NCBI GenBank assembly: GCA_035444565.1
Contig: DAOMOX010000001.1
Span: 130,335-194,334, forward strand
Length of the DNA: 64,000 bases
Direction: 5' to 3'
Source of the DNA: Candidatus Dojkabacteria bacterium
GTDB lineage: Bacteria; Patescibacteriota; Dojkabacteria; B142; OLB20
Part shown: piece by piece, positions 60,666 through 64,000 of the stretch
How the letters are laid out: every line of letters starts with the position of its first letter
Numbering within the stretch: the first letter of the stretch is position 1
Notes under the pieces: model-generated
Seen by the model: the letters and a program-made list of their open reading frames with translations, nothing else
The model's database searches: none
What the model was told of the DNA's origin: nothing
Translations under genes and position numbers: made by a program

Positions 60666-60796
60666 TTGACGACTTGTATAGAACGGATAGATTATAGCAG
60701 AATTTGGAGAAAAATATTAAGAGATTGAGAAATTTAGAAACGAAGTAACTCTTTAAGAGAACCTAAGAAATTATTTCTAATTATTAAAATTATTAA

Positions 60797-61146
60797 TGCC
60801 GCGGAGAGCCCAGGATTTAATCCGGGGGAATCCCGTACAAACTTCATTTCACTCGTTTTACGGGACAAGCCTCAAAGGGATTTCTCTCCCGCTAAACTTC
60901 GTTAGCGGGACAAGCCACCACCACCTTTGAAGAGATTAACTAAGTTGCTGCTGCGGAGAGGAGTTTTACTAGTAGTTGATGAACGTAGTGAATCTACTAC
61001 TAGTTATCCCTGCATATATCAGATTCCATTTAACTTTGTCAGGGAGAACCTCAAGTATCCTTAGCTAGTTGAATGATAAATGCTGCGGAGAGCCCCGGAT
61101 CTAATCCGGGGGAACCTCAATCATAATGTTCCCACCACCACCTCAA
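60797..61146 (-). repeat. Three degenerate tRNA-Leu 3' copies with hairpin insertions
   Basis: tgc(c/t)gcggagag at 60797, 60949 and 61081, followed by gaacctcaa and ccaccaccacct pieces. Confidence 0.85.
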
Positions 61147-61164
61147 TAAAGATAAACAAGTTGC

Positions 61165-61248
61165 TGCTGAGGACAGGAGTTGAACCTGCAAGGGATTTCT
61201 CCCACTACCACCTCAAGGTAGCGTGTCTACCAATTTCACCACCCCAGC
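61165..61248 (-). tRNA. tRNA-Leu(GAG), CCA not encoded
   Basis: GCTGGGG...CTACC-TT-GAG-GT-GGTAG, long variable arm, GTTCAACTC...CCTCAGC-A. Confidence 0.95.
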
Positions 61249-61371
61249 AGCAATTTGTTTATCCTATCGATTTTATTTACCCTTTGTAGCTTAAACGAAG
61301 AAAGGCCACCACAGCATTTAGTGCTTTAGACAACACCTATTTTATCAAATAATGTGGGAATTCGTTACTAT

Positions 61372-63060
61372 TTACTTCTTCTTCGTCAAATAGTACTCTA
61401 ACCTCTTACCGAAAAGTAGTCGAGTGTGGGCTTCGATACCAGGAAGGAAGACGATGAAAAAGGTGATGTATGGGAGGAAAACCCATTCGAGTAAAGTCAG
61501 AATCGTTTTCAAGAAACCTTTTCGATCACTTTTCGGCTTTACAAAGTAATAATCGGTGAGGATAAGTCCAATTAAAAACCAAACTGTAATTTGTATTATG
61601 AATCCTGAGACAGTTGGTAACCTACTCCCAAGAACAGTTCCGGCAAACTGGGGATTGATGAGATATGGTAAGTTTCCGCCTAGTACTAATATGAACGTAA
61701 CAACAACTCCAACAATATGATCGAAGAAGACATGAAGTGCCACATAAGCAGCTCTAAGTGAAATTTTGCCTTTTAAAGTAAGCTTGGCGACTTGCGAAAG
61801 CATCCAACCATCAATTGTTACACCCCATATCCAACGTCTTTGTTGAAAATAGTTATTCTTAATAGTTTCGGTGTGAGTTGAACCTTCGGCAGCATCTGAC
61901 ATTGTCTTCAGAAACAGAGGTACTGTGGAGACCTTGTTGGGAAATTTGAATAAACTTTTAAAGAAGATATGAAAGTCTTCTGGCGTAATCCAAGGTGTCC
62001 AGTATCCAATCTGGTCAATTAACCAGAATGACGCGGTGTAAGTTGAAAAAGGTACTAATTTATCTGGTCTCAACTGACCAGTCATGTTATATAGACTTGA
62101 GATAGAGTTTTTCACTCTAGCGTAGAACTTCAGTCTCCAGATATTAGAATAGAAAATGATAGCTCCAGTATAGAATTTGTAATGGGCGTCTTCTCGTAAT
62201 GAATATTCATATGATAATTTAGCAAAATGCTGCTTGTGGATAAGCGAATCAGCATCACAGCTCGTCATTGTAGTTTTTTTCATATCCCAACCGAGTTCTT
62301 TTATTTTTTCGACAGCAAACTTTCCCGCCCAAGCCATATTTGATGATTTCCCAATAATCTCATCATCTTGCATAACATGGCTACTAACCCAGAAATTTTC
62401 GAAATTGTCTCCGAATTCCTCTTTTAAACGATATGACTTCTGAATTCCTTCTTCATCCCGGGCTTCAGCTGCCATTAATACTGTGATTTGCTTCGTTGGA
62501 AAAGTAGACGCGCTAATTGCACGAACTGTGTCAGCTAGAACTTCGTAAGGTTCTTTCCAATGAGGAACCATGATAATATGGTGCAAATCTCGAGTATCGT
62601 TATGAATTCCCTGCTCTCTTAAAATCTCTAGATTTTCAATCTCTTTATTAATAAATCTTTCGGTTTTTCGTTTTTCAATTATGAATGCATACCTATCCAG
62701 GAACTTCGGAATTCTTTTGTTTTTGTGGAGCTTTTCTTTTTGGGATTCAAAAGTTGTATTTTGCACATCTACTAGTTCCAGTTTCAACCTCTCTATACCT
62801 GCTTCTGGATTGTGCAGATCGACAATCTTTTTCATCCAATCAATACCTTCTGTTGTACGAATTTTGATAACTGCCAAAGCTACCAAAATGAAATAGCTTA
62901 TAGATTTGTACAAAAAGTACACATTGAAAATAATAACTGCGTAAGCTGTGAAAACTGGAGCCGTCAAAGCTCCCAAGACTGGGCTAATTATTACTAGTAA
63001 AACTACTAAGGAAGGAATCTTTTCAATGAGTTTTTCACGTCTTGTGATTATTCGAGACAT
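61372..63060 (-). CDS. Membrane GT2 glycosyltransferase (cellulose-synthase-like motifs)
   Basis: DAD, PED and QQRRW motifs; N- and C-terminal TMs. Confidence 0.85.
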   Translation of the reverse strand: MSRIITRREKLIEKIPSLVVLLVIISPVLGALTAPVFTAYAVIIFNVYFLYKSISYFILVALAVIKIRTTEGIDWMKKIVDLHNPEAGIERLKLELVDVQNTTFESQKEKLHKNKRIPKFLDRYAFIIEKRKTERFINKEIENLEILREQGIHNDTRDLHHIIMVPHWKEPYEVLADTVRAISASTFPTKQITVLMAAEARDEEGIQKSYRLKEEFGDNFENFWVSSHVMQDDEIIGKSSNMAWAGKFAVEKIKELGWDMKKTTMTSCDADSLIHKQHFAKLSYEYSLREDAHYKFYTGAIIFYSNIWRLKFYARVKNSISSLYNMTGQLRPDKLVPFSTYTASFWLIDQIGYWTPWITPEDFHIFFKSLFKFPNKVSTVPLFLKTMSDAAEGSTHTETIKNNYFQQRRWIWGVTIDGWMLSQVAKLTLKGKISLRAAYVALHVFFDHIVGVVVTFILVLGGNLPYLINPQFAGTVLGSRLPTVSGFIIQITVWFLIGLILTDYYFVKPKSDRKGFLKTILTLLEWVFLPYITFFIVFLPGIEAHTRLLFGKRLEYYLTKKK

Positions 63061-63983
63061 TAGAAAATATTAAAAACAGCGTCCTGATAATCTATTACAA
63101 TCTTGTCCCAAAGGTAATTATGTGCAAGTTCGTAATTATTTTTCGAGAACTTATTTATCATTTTGGCATCTTTTGAAAGAAGTTCCAAATGCTTTGTAAG
63201 TGTTTTTACATCTTCGAAATCATAGAGCAATCCGTTATCTTTGTTTTTAATCAAAAACTTTCCACCCTCAGTTCTGGTTGACACTACTGCGCATTTCTTT
63301 GCCATTGCTTCCAAAATGCTTATTCCAAAAGCTTCCCAACGACTTGGCATTACAAATATTTTACTTGCGGTCAGTATCTCATCTCGGGTAATATCACTGG
63401 GGTTTTCTAGGAAAACCACATATTTCTCGACTTCTAGATTTTTTACAAGCGTTTTCAAATGCATCAAATATCCTCCCTCTCGTCCCATTGCAACAAATCT
63501 GATAGTCGGCTTAGTCTTGGCAAGCTTCGGTAATGCTTTAATCACCTGTTGGATACCTTTGTATTCTTCGAACCTGCCAGTGTATGAAATTATGAATCTT
63601 CGATTTAAGCCATAATCAGTTAATGCTCGGCTTGTCTTTATGGTCCTCAATGTGACTTCATTGATACCATTTGGTAAATATTTAATTTTCTCTTCATCGA
63701 TTCCGTAAGCTTTTATCCATCTATATTGATCAGGATTAACCTGAATAACCAATCTGTATAATCGATTTAAGAACAATCTTTGATTAAAAATATATAACTT
63801 TTTGAGTAAAATCTTAATTAATGAATAGTTCCCATGTGCCATAAATGGTCCATGTGGAGTATTTATCATCTTAGTTTTTCGATGGACGATTTTCTTAAGA
63901 ATCAAAAACAGATCCTGCCAATAAAAACCAAATCCATGAACATGAATCAAATTTGCTTTACTCCTCAAAAGTCCGAATAACAT
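63060..63983 (-). CDS. Glycosyltransferase family 4 (5' end probably beyond window)
   Basis: GRF..YKG and EAFGISILEAMA motifs. Confidence 0.9.
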   Translation of the reverse strand: MLFGLLRSKANLIHVHGFGFYWQDLFLILKKIVHRKTKMINTPHGPFMAHGNYSLIKILLKKLYIFNQRLFLNRLYRLVIQVNPDQYRWIKAYGIDEEKIKYLPNGINEVTLRTIKTSRALTDYGLNRRFIISYTGRFEEYKGIQQVIKALPKLAKTKPTIRFVAMGREGGYLMHLKTLVKNLEVEKYVVFLENPSDITRDEILTASKIFVMPSRWEAFGISILEAMAKKCAVVSTRTEGGKFLIKNKDNGLLYDFEDVKTLTKHLELLSKDAKMINKFSKNNYELAHNYLWDKIVIDYQDAVFNIF

Positions 63984-64000
63984 CCCTGGATAGAATCCCA

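Noticed and set aside
60700-61160. Prophage or integrative island at the tRNAs
   Set aside because: No integrase or cargo between the tRNA copies; only short hairpins and spacers.
61080-61289. 69-aa ORF from the track
   Set aside because: Runs antisense through tRNA-Leu and its relic; spurious.

Overview
AT-rich, gene-dense bacterial chromosome segment in genetic code 11 (glnA ends in TGA, and TAA is the usual stop). It has no obvious Shine-Dalgarno sites and many tail-to-tail overlapping genes. Gene content suggests a CPR/Patescibacteria genome, possibly Dojkabacteria/Microgenomates-like; this is inference, with no marker gene present. It encodes nucleotide salvage (purB, purA, guaB/guaC-like, upp with an NMT1/THI5-type ABC transporter), glnA, typA, a DEAD-box helicase, split transketolase, two-component genes, surface proteins, a glycosylation cluster and three tRNAs (Arg-UCU, Asp-GUC, Leu-GAG). 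The most unusual signal is at the tRNA loci. Each intact tRNA has inverted-repeat flanks that extend its acceptor stem. Each also lies beside relic copies of itself that are interrupted, without target duplication, by a family of short tailed hairpins. At tRNA-Asp the intact gene is nested inside an older disrupted copy. Also notable: three genes broken by a single in-frame stop, a stand-alone DHp-like protein, a candidate attenuator, and a CLec/FGE-fold protein resembling a DGR target. All product calls come from motif recognition by eye; no searches were run.
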